Shown piece after piece: positions 17,583 to 28,096 of a DNA stretch of 64,000 nucleotides; the first letter of the stretch is position 1; each line of letters opens with the position of its first letter. The notes beneath the pieces are model-generated. The model worked only from the letters and a program-made list of their open reading frames with translations. It made no database searches and was not told the origin of the DNA. The translations under genes were made by a program, and so were the position numbers. Origin of the DNA: Limisphaerales bacterium (lineage in GTDB: Bacteria > Verrucomicrobiota > Verrucomicrobiia > Limisphaerales > JAJOIW01); NCBI GenBank assembly GCA_965657355.1, contig CBFHOE010000003.1, positions 106,220-170,219 of the forward strand. Reading direction: 5' to 3'.

Positions 17583-19340
17583 ATGGAGATGGAAGGCCTG
17601 ACCAAAGACGAAATCTCCGATATTTTGGAAGAAATTGGAACACTACTGGAGCTCAAAGAAGAAAACACTTTTAAAATTCGAGCCTACACTAATGGTGCTC
17701 GAGCGCTGCGAACTTTGGACGGCGATATAGAAGACTTAATATCGCAAGATACATTAAAAGAAGTAAAAGGTATAGGAAGTGCCCTAACTTTAAAAATAAC
17801 TGAATTAGCCAAGACTGGCGAATTACAGTTTTACAAAGATTTAAAAAAATCGGTTGAGCCTGGTCTTATTGAAATGCTTGATATACCCGGTATGGGGCCA
17901 AAGAAGGTCGTCGCTCTCCATGCTCAACTTAATATTAAAACAGTCAGTGAGCTTAAAACAGCTTGTAAGGACGATAGAGTTGCCACTCTTCCTGGTTTTG
18001 GGAAGAAAACACAAGAGAAGATTCTTGCTGGCATAGAATACAGGAAACAATACGCAAGTCACATACGACTAGATGAAGCACACCAGCTTGCGGAGACAAT
18101 AATTGAGGAATTAAGAAATCATCCAGATGTTATCCGCTCATCGGTTGCTGGAAGTTTCAGGAGGTCTAAGGAAATAATTGGTGATTTAGATTTTCTAGTT
18201 TCGGCAAAGGATGGAAGAGATATATCAAATTATTTTGTTTCCATGGATTTGGTAAAGGATGTCATTGCCCATGGAGAAACTAAATCTAGTGTGAGATTAA
18301 TACAAGGAACTCAAGCAGATTTACGAGTTGTAACAGACGATGAATTTCCCTTTGCTCTCCACTATTTTACGGGCAGTAAAGAGCACAATATTGGTATGCG
18401 CCAGCGTGCCATTAAAAAAGGGTTGCGACTGAATGAATACGGACTCTTTAAATCAGACAAGGAAACCAAAGATAAAAATCTAAGGGTGACATGCCGTAGT
18501 GAGGAGGACATTTTCTCTGAACTAGGTATGGATTTTATTCCCCCGGAGATGCGTGAGGATAATGGCGAATTTGAATTGGCAGAATCATCAAAAGTTCCAA
18601 GACTTATCGAATGGACGCAACTAAAAGGATCTCTTCATAATCATACGAATTGGAGTGATGGGATTCATTCGCTGGGCGAGACAGCCGAGTATATGCGAGA
18701 ACTCGGTCTTCAGTATTGGGCGATTACTGACCATTCAAAATCAAGTTTTCAAGCTAGTGGGCTCGATGAAAAAAAATTAGCCCAACAGGTGGCTGAGATC
18801 CAAAAAATAAATACAAATTACGAGAGCACTGGAATTGATTTCAGGCTCTTATCAGGGACTGAAGTTGATATTCTGAACGAAGGTGTTTTAGATTTTCAGG
18901 ACAGCATTCTTTGTGAACTAGATGTTGTGGTTGCCAGTATTCATAACGGGTTTACTCAATCCAAGAGCGTTATGACAAAGAGAATCATTAAGGCCATTGA
19001 GAATCCTAACGTGGATATTTTAGGGCATATGACCGGGAGGCTGTTACTGGCACGTGAGCCCTACCAGCTAGACATAAAAAAAATCATTGATGCCTGTGCT
19101 GCAAATGGCACCTGGATTGAACTTAACGCAAGTCCTTACCGGCTTGATTTGGATTGGAGGCATTGGAGACATGCTATTTCAAAAGGTGTAAAATGTGTTA
19201 TAAATCCCGACGCTCATCGTAATGAACATGCTGGCTATTTAAAATTGGCAACCTCAGTAGCGAGAAAGGCAGGATTGACTCCTGGTGATGTCATTAACAG
19301 TCTGCCTTTAAATGATCTACTCAGTAAATTACACCCATAA
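17583..19340 (+). CDS. polX: DNA polymerase X family / PHP domain protein
   Basis: GSFRR..IGDLD, ADLRV, YFTGSKEHN, LNEYGL; PHP motifs HNHT..SDG, TDHS, DAH; start ATG 17583 or 17589. Confidence 0.93.
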   Translation: MEMEGLTKDEISDILEEIGTLLELKEENTFKIRAYTNGARALRTLDGDIEDLISQDTLKEVKGIGSALTLKITELAKTGELQFYKDLKKSVEPGLIEMLDIPGMGPKKVVALHAQLNIKTVSELKTACKDDRVATLPGFGKKTQEKILAGIEYRKQYASHIRLDEAHQLAETIIEELRNHPDVIRSSVAGSFRRSKEIIGDLDFLVSAKDGRDISNYFVSMDLVKDVIAHGETKSSVRLIQGTQADLRVVTDDEFPFALHYFTGSKEHNIGMRQRAIKKGLRLNEYGLFKSDKETKDKNLRVTCRSEEDIFSELGMDFIPPEMREDNGEFELAESSKVPRLIEWTQLKGSLHNHTNWSDGIHSLGETAEYMRELGLQYWAITDHSKSSFQASGLDEKKLAQQVAEIQKINTNYESTGIDFRLLSGTEVDILNEGVLDFQDSILCELDVVVASIHNGFTQSKSVMTKRIIKAIENPNVDILGHMTGRLLLAREPYQLDIKKIIDACAANGTWIELNASPYRLDLDWRHWRHAISKGVKCVINPDAHRNEHAGYLKLATSVARKAGLTPGDVINSLPLNDLLSKLHP

Positions 19341-19622
19341 TTGTTCAATGAATTTGATATTTCGAGACCTCGCGCCTCAAATAGCCCAAGGAAGCGAAAT
19401 TGGAATATGAAATTCACCCAAAGTTCCTTTATAAAATAAATCCAGATTTGCCTACTTATACTGGGGCTTAACTTTTATAATGGAATCAGTTTGTTGATAA
19501 GTCTCAGATCATGAATCCATGCATTAATTCAAAATCAATGGATGGTTCTCTGGTTCTTCGGGGCAACATCGAGTCCAATTAAAATATGAAGAGTAGCTAT
19601 AAAGATGTAAATTGAACACGCG

Positions 19623-20570
19623 TCATCCTCCTCGTGTTGTCATGCCTGGCTGCTTGTCTTGATAATGATTCAATATAAAATTTTTTGCTTCCAGTGGATC
19701 TGAGGATGGTAAAATTTGTGATGGGGGCATTTGGTTCCGAAACCAAGTTCGTTGCCTTTTTGCAAATTGTCTCGTTTTTATTTTTATCGACTCGACAGCA
19801 TCCTGAAGCTCTGTGTCACCTTGGAGGTAGGAAATGATTTGGCGATACCCGATGGCCTGAGCAGCAGAATGGTTTTGTAGAATACCCTCATCGATTAATC
19901 TAGATGTTTCCTCCACTAGCCCATTTTCAAGCATCTTATCCACACGCTGCTCCATTTTCTTGAGATGATCTTCTAATTCTGGCTGTATGACGTATACACA
20001 TTTTGGCCAGTTTGAGATATTTTGATCCCAAGGAGATTTTAAATCCTTTGGGGGTCGACCGGTGAGTCTTACAATTTCTATGGCTCGAATTAATCTTCTA
20101 GGATTATCTTTATCGATATAATTGAATGTTGATGGGGCTTCAGATTTTAGAATGATCTGTAATTCTTCTAGTGTGAGTTTTTCTAGATTTTTTCTTAGCT
20201 CTGCATCCTTTGGCGGGGCTGTTCCAATCCCTTGGAAAAAAGCTTTTAAGTATAACCCCGTTCCTCCACAAAAAATAGGAACACGACCTCTTTCAAATAT
20301 CTCTTGGTATAATTTGGATGCTTTATCAATGAACTTAGCGACATCGAACTCTTCAACGACAGAGCAAATGTCAATCATATGGTGAGGGACAGTCATCTGT
20401 TCTTTTTTAGAAACTTTTGCCGTTCCCACATCCATCCCCTTGTAGACTTGCATCGAATCAACCGAGATAATTTCACCAGACAGTTCTTTGGCAATTTTTA
20501 TAGCGAGGTCAGATTTGCCAGAACCCGTAGGACCAGTAATTATGATGGGATTTGGACTCATGCCATCCAT
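19623..20570 (-). CDS. miaA: tRNA dimethylallyltransferase
   Basis: GPTGSGKS, DSMQVYKGMDVGTAK, GGTGLY, AKRQRTWFR. Confidence 0.96.
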   Translation of the reverse strand: MDGMSPNPIIITGPTGSGKSDLAIKIAKELSGEIISVDSMQVYKGMDVGTAKVSKKEQMTVPHHMIDICSVVEEFDVAKFIDKASKLYQEIFERGRVPIFCGGTGLYLKAFFQGIGTAPPKDAELRKNLEKLTLEELQIILKSEAPSTFNYIDKDNPRRLIRAIEIVRLTGRPPKDLKSPWDQNISNWPKCVYVIQPELEDHLKKMEQRVDKMLENGLVEETSRLIDEGILQNHSAAQAIGYRQIISYLQGDTELQDAVESIKIKTRQFAKRQRTWFRNQMPPSQILPSSDPLEAKNFILNHYQDKQPGMTTRGG

Positions 20571-20581
20571 AGAAAAATGTT

Positions 20582-21184
20582 TCAGGAGTTTTTTTCTGAA
20601 GATGTATTTTTCAAACCCTCAGTTTCGGAAGGTTGGGCTTTTTCTTTGCTCAAGGCTTGTTTGCGCGCCTCTTTTGCTGACAAAAGAAAAATGAGCCCAA
20701 TGCCGGTAGTAATTGCCGTATCAGCTACATTGAAAGCAGGGAAACCGATTTCTGAGACGATGACACTGCCTGACTTTCTTTGTGTGTAAAAGAAAAGAAA
20801 ATCAACGACATAATTATGTACTAATCTATCAATTAAATTTCCAACGATCCCACCATTGATCAGGCCCATGGCCCACCTGCCAAGAGCATGATGAATCTCG
20901 AAAAAACTTCGGAAGAAAAAGATGGCCACAATTGCTCCCATTGCAATTATGGCAAGTAGATGGTTTTGGCCAGAAAACATGCTGAAAGCTGAGCCCGTGT
21001 TTCCCCAATAAACCAGTTTAAAAAATCCCTCTATGACTGGAATTTCTTGGCTTCGAAAATCTATATTAAAATGAACTACCCACTTCGTGAGTTGGTCTAG
21101 GGCAATAATTCCGAGAGCTATAGAGTAGACTCGTATAACATGAGATCTCTCTGACGATAATCCAGAATCTTTATCCATAACCAC
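20582..21184 (-). CDS. lspA: Lipoprotein signal peptidase II
   Basis: DQLTK, NTGSAFS, GNLIDR, VVDF, FNVAD. Confidence 0.95.
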   Translation of the reverse strand: MVMDKDSGLSSERSHVIRVYSIALGIIALDQLTKWVVHFNIDFRSQEIPVIEGFFKLVYWGNTGSAFSMFSGQNHLLAIIAMGAIVAIFFFRSFFEIHHALGRWAMGLINGGIVGNLIDRLVHNYVVDFLFFYTQRKSGSVIVSEIGFPAFNVADTAITTGIGLIFLLSAKEARKQALSKEKAQPSETEGLKNTSSEKNS

Positions 21185-21267
21185 TTACGGTTTTCATGAT
21201 TACATAAATCATAGAACAATGCAAAGCACATACGGCCTACAGTGTGTTAAGGTCGTCTACCCTTATT

Positions 21268-22233
21268 TTATTGGGCTGGGGTAAGCTTCAATAATCTAAA
21301 AGCAAAATCTAGCCATAGTGGCGTTGACGCGAATGCCACGGCTGATGTTGCGAAAATAATTTGAGTCGCTGTGTTCGCATCTCCACCATAATGTTTGGCA
21401 AGAACAACGGGAAAAACAGCACATGGCATCGCAGCTTGAATAGCTATCACAGTTGTTAGTTCGGATGTAAAATGTGACCATCCTGCTGCCCAAATAAAAA
21501 TGACGGGCATTATCCCAATTCTTATACCTAGAGAGAGCATCCAAGCCCCTGGCTTCCCGAGTGCCTTTAAACCTTTTATATGGTCTGCCATGGCCATTCC
21601 AACCAAAAGAATGCCAACAGGAATTGTGCACCCACTCAAGACCTCGATGAGATTCCACAATGGGGCAGGGATCATTTCCCCTAGATCTAAAATTCGAATG
21701 AGAACACAACAAACCAAAGCGATCAAAGGAGGGTTTAATATTCTTTTGATGACCTGCCGAACGGAGTTTGATCCAGCCATCATTGGCATTCCAAACATCC
21801 ATAGTCCAACCTCCACTCCGACATTGAAGACAAATAAGACTCCCAGAGTGGCTTGGTCAAAAAGTGCGCTGATAATGGGAATCGGTATATAACCGTAATT
21901 GAACACACCTGTCGTGTAAGCAAAAGCTTTCACGCTTCTTTTCTCTACTTTTCTTAAAAAAATTTTACTGAAGAACCATGAAATAAGGATTCCGGTCGCT
22001 ACCAATAAAAATCCCATTAATGGGGGCCAAATGATATTTGCTTTGTTGTCAAATGCCGGGTTTCTTGCAACTACATTAACAACCAGGCATGGCACCCATA
22101 AATTGATCAACAATTTAAATAGAGTTTTCTCCGTTTCACCAGAGACGATTTCTCTTTTCCTTAGAGCGAAACCAAGGGCTACGATGAGGTAGACTGGAAT
22201 GACTGCCCCTAAAATTATTGATATGGTTTCCAA
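21268..22233 (-). CDS. AEC (auxin efflux carrier) family transporter
   Basis: About 10 hydrophobic segments; NYGYIPIP, NPPLIA, AAMPCAV motifs. Confidence 0.85.
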   Translation of the reverse strand: METISIILGAVIPVYLIVALGFALRKREIVSGETEKTLFKLLINLWVPCLVVNVVARNPAFDNKANIIWPPLMGFLLVATGILISWFFSKIFLRKVEKRSVKAFAYTTGVFNYGYIPIPIISALFDQATLGVLFVFNVGVEVGLWMFGMPMMAGSNSVRQVIKRILNPPLIALVCCVLIRILDLGEMIPAPLWNLIEVLSGCTIPVGILLVGMAMADHIKGLKALGKPGAWMLSLGIRIGIMPVIFIWAAGWSHFTSELTTVIAIQAAMPCAVFPVVLAKHYGGDANTATQIIFATSAVAFASTPLWLDFAFRLLKLTPAQ

Positions 22234-22274
22234 TGGGTTTGCTCTAATCCCTCAGCTAAGATTGAATGGGCCGC

Positions 22275-22805
22275 TCAATTATTCGAAATCACATAGTGAC
22301 TCATGGCCATGAATTCTGCCGCTTGGACATTCTCGTAATTGGGGTTTTTAATATCTTTTTGACAATGATCGACAAATTTAGCAGGTTCCCATTCACCCGA
22401 ATAATCAGCGTTAAGGTCTGAAATGTATTTTGTAATCAATGTATCAAATTGGCTCTGGTTATCCAAAGGATAAGCCCTCCGGAACCAGTATTTCGCATTT
22501 CCAAAATCTTCCTCCCGCCTGTGCATCATGCCATGAATATAGCTAGCCTCTGGGTGGCCCATGCTTTGGACAATGCTGTGCGATGGTTCCAGGAAATCAT
22601 TCCATAAAAGAACCAGAGCATGCAGAAACTTTCTGGTATCGTCGCTTAACGAGAATTCTTCATTAAGTGAGGATATCCAGCGATTTATTTGTGATTGGTC
22701 CAAAGCATTTTCTCTTTTTTCATCTCCAAGTCCTGGTTTATTTGATGCAGGGAGGGCTTCCAACACCTTTTCGACAAGAGCTTGATCAGTGTCATCTTGT
22801 GCCAT
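22275..22805 (-). CDS. Conserved hypothetical protein
   Basis: 176-aa ORF with YIHGMMHRREEDFGNAKYWF motif, in line with the lspA-miaA run. Confidence 0.75.
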   Translation of the reverse strand: MAQDDTDQALVEKVLEALPASNKPGLGDEKRENALDQSQINRWISSLNEEFSLSDDTRKFLHALVLLWNDFLEPSHSIVQSMGHPEASYIHGMMHRREEDFGNAKYWFRRAYPLDNQSQFDTLITKYISDLNADYSGEWEPAKFVDHCQKDIKNPNYENVQAAEFMAMSHYVISNN

Positions 22806-22867
22806 AATTTTTGATAATGATTGGAGGTACTAAAAAGTTCCAGCTAAATCCTGAATCCTATTCGTAG

Positions 22868-22899
22868 AAAAAAATCCCCAATGATCTGGCATTGGGGAT
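22868..22899 (-). terminator. Rho-independent terminator of rpoD
   Basis: Perfect 10-bp stem ATCCCCAATG/CATTGGGGAT, 6-nt loop, U-tract on the minus strand. Confidence 0.85.
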
Positions 22900-22930
22900 G
22901 TATATAAATCGTTTTTGTAAGCCTTAAAAT

Positions 22931-25213
22931 CTAGAGTGCCTCGTCTGAGTCTAGGAATCCAGCCAGCATTCTTATACGCGTTGGGTGTCTTAACTTTCTG
23001 AGTCCTTTGGCTTCTATTTGACGAATTCTTTCTCTGGTAACCTGGAATTTTTTACCGATTTCTTCCAGGGTGTGACCGTAACCATCCCGAAGACCGAATC
23101 GCATCTCTAAGATCTGGCGTTCTCTTTCTGTTAAGCTACAAAGAACATCGTTCAGCTTTTCTTTGAGCAAGCTGTAGCTGGTCTGGTCTAGAGGATTTTC
23201 TGCGTCTTTATCCTCGATAAAGTCTCCAAAGCTTGCGTCCCCGTCATCGCCGACCGTAGCTTGCATTGAGATAGGGTGCTGCGCCATCTTGAACGCGGCT
23301 CTTACTCTTTCGACCGGCATTTCCATCTCTTCAGCGATTTCTTCAGGAGTTGCTTCTCTACCGTATTCTTGAAGTAGCTGTTTCTGAACACGCATCATCT
23401 TATTGATGATCTCTATCATGTGGACTGGAATCCTGATCGTTCTCGCTTGGTCCGCGATAGATCTGGTGATTGCCTGTCTAATCCACCATGTGGCGTAAGT
23501 ACTGAATTTGTATCCTCTTCGATACTCAAATTTTTCCACACCTTTCATGAGGCCCATATTTCCTTCTTGGATGAGGTCAAGGAATGATAAGCCCCTATTC
23601 ATATACTTTTTGGCAATCGATATTACCAAACGGAGGTTTGCCTCCACCATTTCGGTTTTTGCTTTGTGAGCGAGTTCTGCGTAATGCTTCAGTTGCTTGT
23701 AGGACTCGAGGAATTTCTCAACCGGCATCCGAACGAATTCCTCGAGGGTAGAAAGTTTATTTTCCTCGGCCTCGATAGCCATGTCCAGTGCTTTAGACTT
23801 TTTCTGTGGCTTCAAAGATTTTAAAGCTGTGAGTCCTTGCTGGAAGGTTTCGTGAATATTGTCAGCTACAAGGGTCATATCTTCTAGGACCTTTTGCTTG
23901 TAGTAAAATTTAGGAAAAGTTGAGGATAATTTTTTATCTAACTTAAGAAACTCGCCATGAACTCTATCTCTGCTCTTAGGCGACTCTTCTGATTTCCATT
24001 GATTATACTTATCATCGACCTCTTCATCATATTTGCTGACTTTTTTGATCAACTTTCTGAGATCATTGAGGTGTACTTCACGAGTATCAATTTTTTTGTC
24101 TTGAATGACGCGATCAAATCTTTCTTTGGGTGGCTCAGAAATCAGTTTCTCTGCCAAAGCGATATGCTCTTTTCCAGTAAAGCCAAAACTATAGACTATA
24201 CGGGTCACTTCATTTTCCGCGTCTTCGATTCTTTTACATATTTCGACTTCTTGTTCCCTGGTAAGAAGTGGGACTTTACCCATCTGCTTCATATACATGC
24301 GAACAGGGTCGTCAAGAATATCAAGTTGGGCTTTGTCTTCGTCCGCTTCGTTATCAGCTTTTCTATTCTCTATTTCACTCTGTTCTACAATATCGATATC
24401 CAGAGATCTGAGCTTGCTGAAGACTTCATCCATGTCTTCAGAACTGACAAATTTTTCCGGCAATGCAGACTCAATATCTGAGTATGTCAAATAACCTTGA
24501 TCTCTCGCCAAGGAAATAAGCTCTTTAATTTTTTCTTTTAAATCTGCGTTCGTAATCCCTTCAGAGATTTCCGCTTCGGTCAGAGGCTTAACACCCGCTG
24601 GCTTCTTATCCTCTGAATCTTTATCCGTGCTTTTGCCCGAGTTCTTTACTTTCTCTACTGCAGCCTCTTTCTTCTCATCAGATTTTTTGGCTGCAACTTT
24701 TTTGCGGGCAGTTTTAGCAACTTTTTTGACCACAGCCGCTTTTTTGGTCGCTGTTTTTTTATTGGTCGTTTTTGCCACCTTTTTCACAGCCGCCACCTTT
24801 TTCACAGCTGCCGCTTTTTTCACAGCTGCCGCTTTTTTCACGATAGTTTTCTTTTTAGTTGTTTTCTTAGCGGTGGTTTTTTTTGGTGTTTTGGATTCCG
24901 CTAATTTTTTGGTGGCTGCCTTTTTAGCCAATGGCTTTTTTTTGGTGGCCGCTTTGGCAACCTTTTTGGAGGCAGTTTTTGGTGTTTTTTTAGCGTCAGA
25001 GGAGGTTTTTTTTGTTGGGCTTGCTTTTTTTGCCGTCACTTTTTTCGCAGCACCTTTCTTTTTAGTGGTCCGAGTATTTGCCTTAGTTTTACCCGCGGCC
25101 ACTTTTTTGGTGGTTGCGCTTCTCTTCGCTACGGGCTGCTTTTTCGCAGCCGCTTTCTTAGCTGTTTTTTTGGAATCTTTTGAGGATCCGGTCTTCGATT
25201 TCTTTTGAGCCAT
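22931..25213 (-). CDS. rpoD: Primary sigma-70 factor with Lys/Ala-rich N-terminal extension
   Basis: [58 protein letters not shown]. Confidence 0.97.
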   Translation of the reverse strand: MAQKKSKTGSSKDSKKTAKKAAAKKQPVAKRSATTKKVAAGKTKANTRTTKKKGAAKKVTAKKASPTKKTSSDAKKTPKTASKKVAKAATKKKPLAKKAATKKLAESKTPKKTTAKKTTKKKTIVKKAAAVKKAAAVKKVAAVKKVAKTTNKKTATKKAAVVKKVAKTARKKVAAKKSDEKKEAAVEKVKNSGKSTDKDSEDKKPAGVKPLTEAEISEGITNADLKEKIKELISLARDQGYLTYSDIESALPEKFVSSEDMDEVFSKLRSLDIDIVEQSEIENRKADNEADEDKAQLDILDDPVRMYMKQMGKVPLLTREQEVEICKRIEDAENEVTRIVYSFGFTGKEHIALAEKLISEPPKERFDRVIQDKKIDTREVHLNDLRKLIKKVSKYDEEVDDKYNQWKSEESPKSRDRVHGEFLKLDKKLSSTFPKFYYKQKVLEDMTLVADNIHETFQQGLTALKSLKPQKKSKALDMAIEAEENKLSTLEEFVRMPVEKFLESYKQLKHYAELAHKAKTEMVEANLRLVISIAKKYMNRGLSFLDLIQEGNMGLMKGVEKFEYRRGYKFSTYATWWIRQAITRSIADQARTIRIPVHMIEIINKMMRVQKQLLQEYGREATPEEIAEEMEMPVERVRAAFKMAQHPISMQATVGDDGDASFGDFIEDKDAENPLDQTSYSLLKEKLNDVLCSLTERERQILEMRFGLRDGYGHTLEEIGKKFQVTRERIRQIEAKGLRKLRHPTRIRMLAGFLDSDEAL
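24774..24841. repeat. 18-bp coding tandem repeat (about 3.5 copies) in rpoD encoding [12 protein letters not shown]
   Basis: cacagc recurs at 24785, 24803, 24821 with 18-nt period. Confidence 0.85.
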
Positions 25214-25324
25214 AGACTATGCCGGTGCGACTTCGGTCAAAAATTAGCGGGTCATTATCCTTCTTAATTTCACAAAGTCAACCTGTAAAATAAAACAGAT
25301 CCTTAGGCGTTCGAAGCAAACGAT

Positions 25325-25864
25325 TTAGACATTTTCTAAATCCCTGGCTTTCAGCCAAAAATAATCTGAAAGTCGATTGAGATAAACTTTTATGATAGGA
25401 TTCAGATCTTGGTCGTCATATCCCACTTTCACGACTTCCCTTTCAGCCCTGCGGCAAACCGTTCTGCACAAATCGGAAAATGAAGCCGCTTTATTTCCTC
25501 CCGGCAGTGCCCATCCTTCAAATTTAATATTTTTAGCCTCTGTTATTTTTATAAATTCCTCTAATCCTGCCACATCTGATTCTTTAATGGCCTCAAAGCC
25601 GGATGAAATGTAATTATTCTTGTCTTCCGGAGCAGTCGCCAATTCACCCATCAGGTTGATAAGTTGCCTTTGTATTCCTTCTAATTCGCTGATTTCTTTA
25701 TCACTATTTGGCAAATCTCTTAAGTGGGCTTTTAATAATCCAATTGCCGCATTGAGTTCATCAACCTCCCCACAGGCATAAACTCTTAGAGAATCTTTTC
25801 GAGTTCTTTTACCAAATAAGAGGCTTGTCTCACCTTGATCACCAGTTTTAGTCACAATACTCAC
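25325..25864 (-). CDS. Cob(I)alamin adenosyltransferase, PduO type
   Basis: TKTGDQGET, GEVDELN, RTVCRRAER, YLNRLSD. Confidence 0.93.
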   Translation of the reverse strand: MSIVTKTGDQGETSLLFGKRTRKDSLRVYACGEVDELNAAIGLLKAHLRDLPNSDKEISELEGIQRQLINLMGELATAPEDKNNYISSGFEAIKESDVAGLEEFIKITEAKNIKFEGWALPGGNKAASFSDLCRTVCRRAEREVVKVGYDDQDLNPIIKVYLNRLSDYFWLKARDLENV

Positions 25865-26058
25865 TTGGCCAGATTATGATAATTTCTTAGTTTCTCAAGT
25901 TTTCTGACACACTATTGGTCAAGTTTAACCGTATAGAAGTGGTGATAATTGCTCTGCCTGGGCGAAAAAAAACAAAATGATGTGCTAATTTTTAGCCATC
26001 TAATATACTCATGATTAAAATGAATGAATTTACTTACTTGTTTGAGCAAAAAATATTT

Positions 26059-26073
26059 TGGCAAAGTAAATGC
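26059..26073 (+). promoter_or_regulatory. Possible sigma-54 (-24/-12) promoter of amtB
   Basis: TGGCAAAGTAAATGC has GG-N10-GC spacing upstream of an ammonium transporter. Confidence 0.35.
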
Positions 26074-27419
26074 GGGCAATGATTCGCTCTATGAATAGAA
26101 TCCTATCATTCCGGGGGAAAATCGGTATTTTCGCCTTTTTATTGTTAACTTTTCCAACCCTATTGTCTGCGGCCGAGGAAGGTGCTCCTACCATCGATAA
26201 ATCGGATACTGCCTGGATTATGGCAGCCAGTGCCTTGGTGCTATTTATGACCATACCCGGTTTAGCTTTCTTTTACGGTGGTTTGGTGCACAAACGAAAT
26301 GTATTGAGTGTCCTCATGCAGTGCTTTGCAATCACCTCTGTGATGACTGTAATATGGACTTTGTTTGGATACTCACTGGCTTTCTCTGAAACGGCGGGAG
26401 GATCTCTCGGAAAATTCATAGGCGGTTTTGATTTGGCACTGCTTAAAGGTGGCCAGTTTGAAGAGCTTTCTGGCAGTATCCCACTATTTCTTCATTTTGG
26501 ATTTCAGATGACTTTTTTTATCATCACTCCTGCTCTAATGGTTGGGGCTTTTGTGGAAAGAATGAAGTTCTCTGCAATTATGCTTTTCTGCATTTTATGG
26601 GCTATCCTCGTTTACTTGCCTGTTTGTCACATGGTGTGGGGGGGCAACGGCATCTTATTTGACATGGGGGTCATCGACCTCGCGGGTGGTATTGTAGTCC
26701 ATATTACGGCTGGGGTCGGTGCATTAGTTGCCTGTATCGTGGCTGGTCCTCGCAAAGGTTACCCTAAATCCACTTTTATGCCGCACAATCTCCCCATGAC
26801 AGTCTGTGGTACCGGCATGCTTTGGGTAGGTTGGTATGGATTTAACGGAGGTAGTTTTCTTGCTGCCGACGGCAATGCTGCACTCGCTATTGTTGTGACC
26901 CACATCAGCGCTTCGGTTGCCTCAATCGTCTGGTCGTCCATAGAATGGGCTATCCACGGTAAGCCAAGTGTTTTGGGTTTTGTCACCGGAGCGATCGCCG
27001 GCCTTGCTGCCATAACGCCTGCTGCTGGCGAAGTCGGGCCGTTAGGGGCTCTCATTATCGGCTGTGTCAGTGGAGTCGTTTGTTTTTGGGCTTCCACATC
27101 ACTTAAACGAAAACTTAATTACGACGACTCATTGGACGTATGGGGTGTGCACGGTGTAGGAGGTATTGTTGGAACTTTCCTTGTGGCCTTCCTTGCATCT
27201 GCTTCACTTGGCGGAAAACGCGGTGAGGACTACAGCATGATCAGCCAGTTAGGAACACAAAGCATTGCAATAATCGGTGTGGCTATTTACACCGCATTGA
27301 TCTCATTCGTTCTTTTGAAAGTTGTTGGAGCCATCACTGGTGGACTTCGCGTGGCCGAGCAAGAAGAAAATGCAGGCCTCGATATCACCTCTCATGGAGA
27401 AAATGCTTACAACGACTAA
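26070..27419 (+). CDS. amtB: Ammonium transporter (start may be 26091)
   Basis: MTIPGLAFFYGG, DLAGGIVVH, WVGWYGFNGGS, DDSLDVWGVHG. Confidence 0.96.
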   Translation: MRAMIRSMNRILSFRGKIGIFAFLLLTFPTLLSAAEEGAPTIDKSDTAWIMAASALVLFMTIPGLAFFYGGLVHKRNVLSVLMQCFAITSVMTVIWTLFGYSLAFSETAGGSLGKFIGGFDLALLKGGQFEELSGSIPLFLHFGFQMTFFIITPALMVGAFVERMKFSAIMLFCILWAILVYLPVCHMVWGGNGILFDMGVIDLAGGIVVHITAGVGALVACIVAGPRKGYPKSTFMPHNLPMTVCGTGMLWVGWYGFNGGSFLAADGNAALAIVVTHISASVASIVWSSIEWAIHGKPSVLGFVTGAIAGLAAITPAAGEVGPLGALIIGCVSGVVCFWASTSLKRKLNYDDSLDVWGVHGVGGIVGTFLVAFLASASLGGKRGEDYSMISQLGTQSIAIIGVAIYTALISFVLLKVVGAITGGLRVAEQEENAGLDITSHGENAYND

Positions 27420-27429
27420 ATTTATTTGA

Positions 27430-27786
<357 letters not shown>

Positions 27787-27794
27787 ATTGACAA

Positions 27795-27847
27795 CAAGAT
27801 GGGCTGTTCGGTGCGGTCCTAGTAACAGCCCATCTTGCTTTATTTTT
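27795..27847 (+). terminator. Rho-independent terminator after amtB-P-II
   Basis: 14-bp perfect stem CAAGATGGGCTGTT/AACAGCCCATCTTG followed by T-rich tract. Confidence 0.85.
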
Positions 27848-28096
27848 GTTTTCCGCAACTAAATTTAAATTTGTATTTTCTGCCCTTCTTACGGCTTAGC
27901 TTTTTGAGAAAAAGCCATCAAAGGACATGGCCTGTGGGCTCAGTTTTACCCCACAAAACAAGGAAACCAATCATGCCTCTAATTGAGTTTTCAACCAATG
28001 GTTTGAGATGAGAAGGAAACTACACAATTGGCAATAGTTCTTGATCGGAGATTCTCAATTTGAAACGATCTCGGCGGCAAACCTGGGTAATTTAGT

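Noticed and set aside
24627..25208. 193-aa Phe/Ala/Leu-rich ORF on + strand
   Set aside because: Antisense shadow of the Lys/Ala-rich rpoD tail
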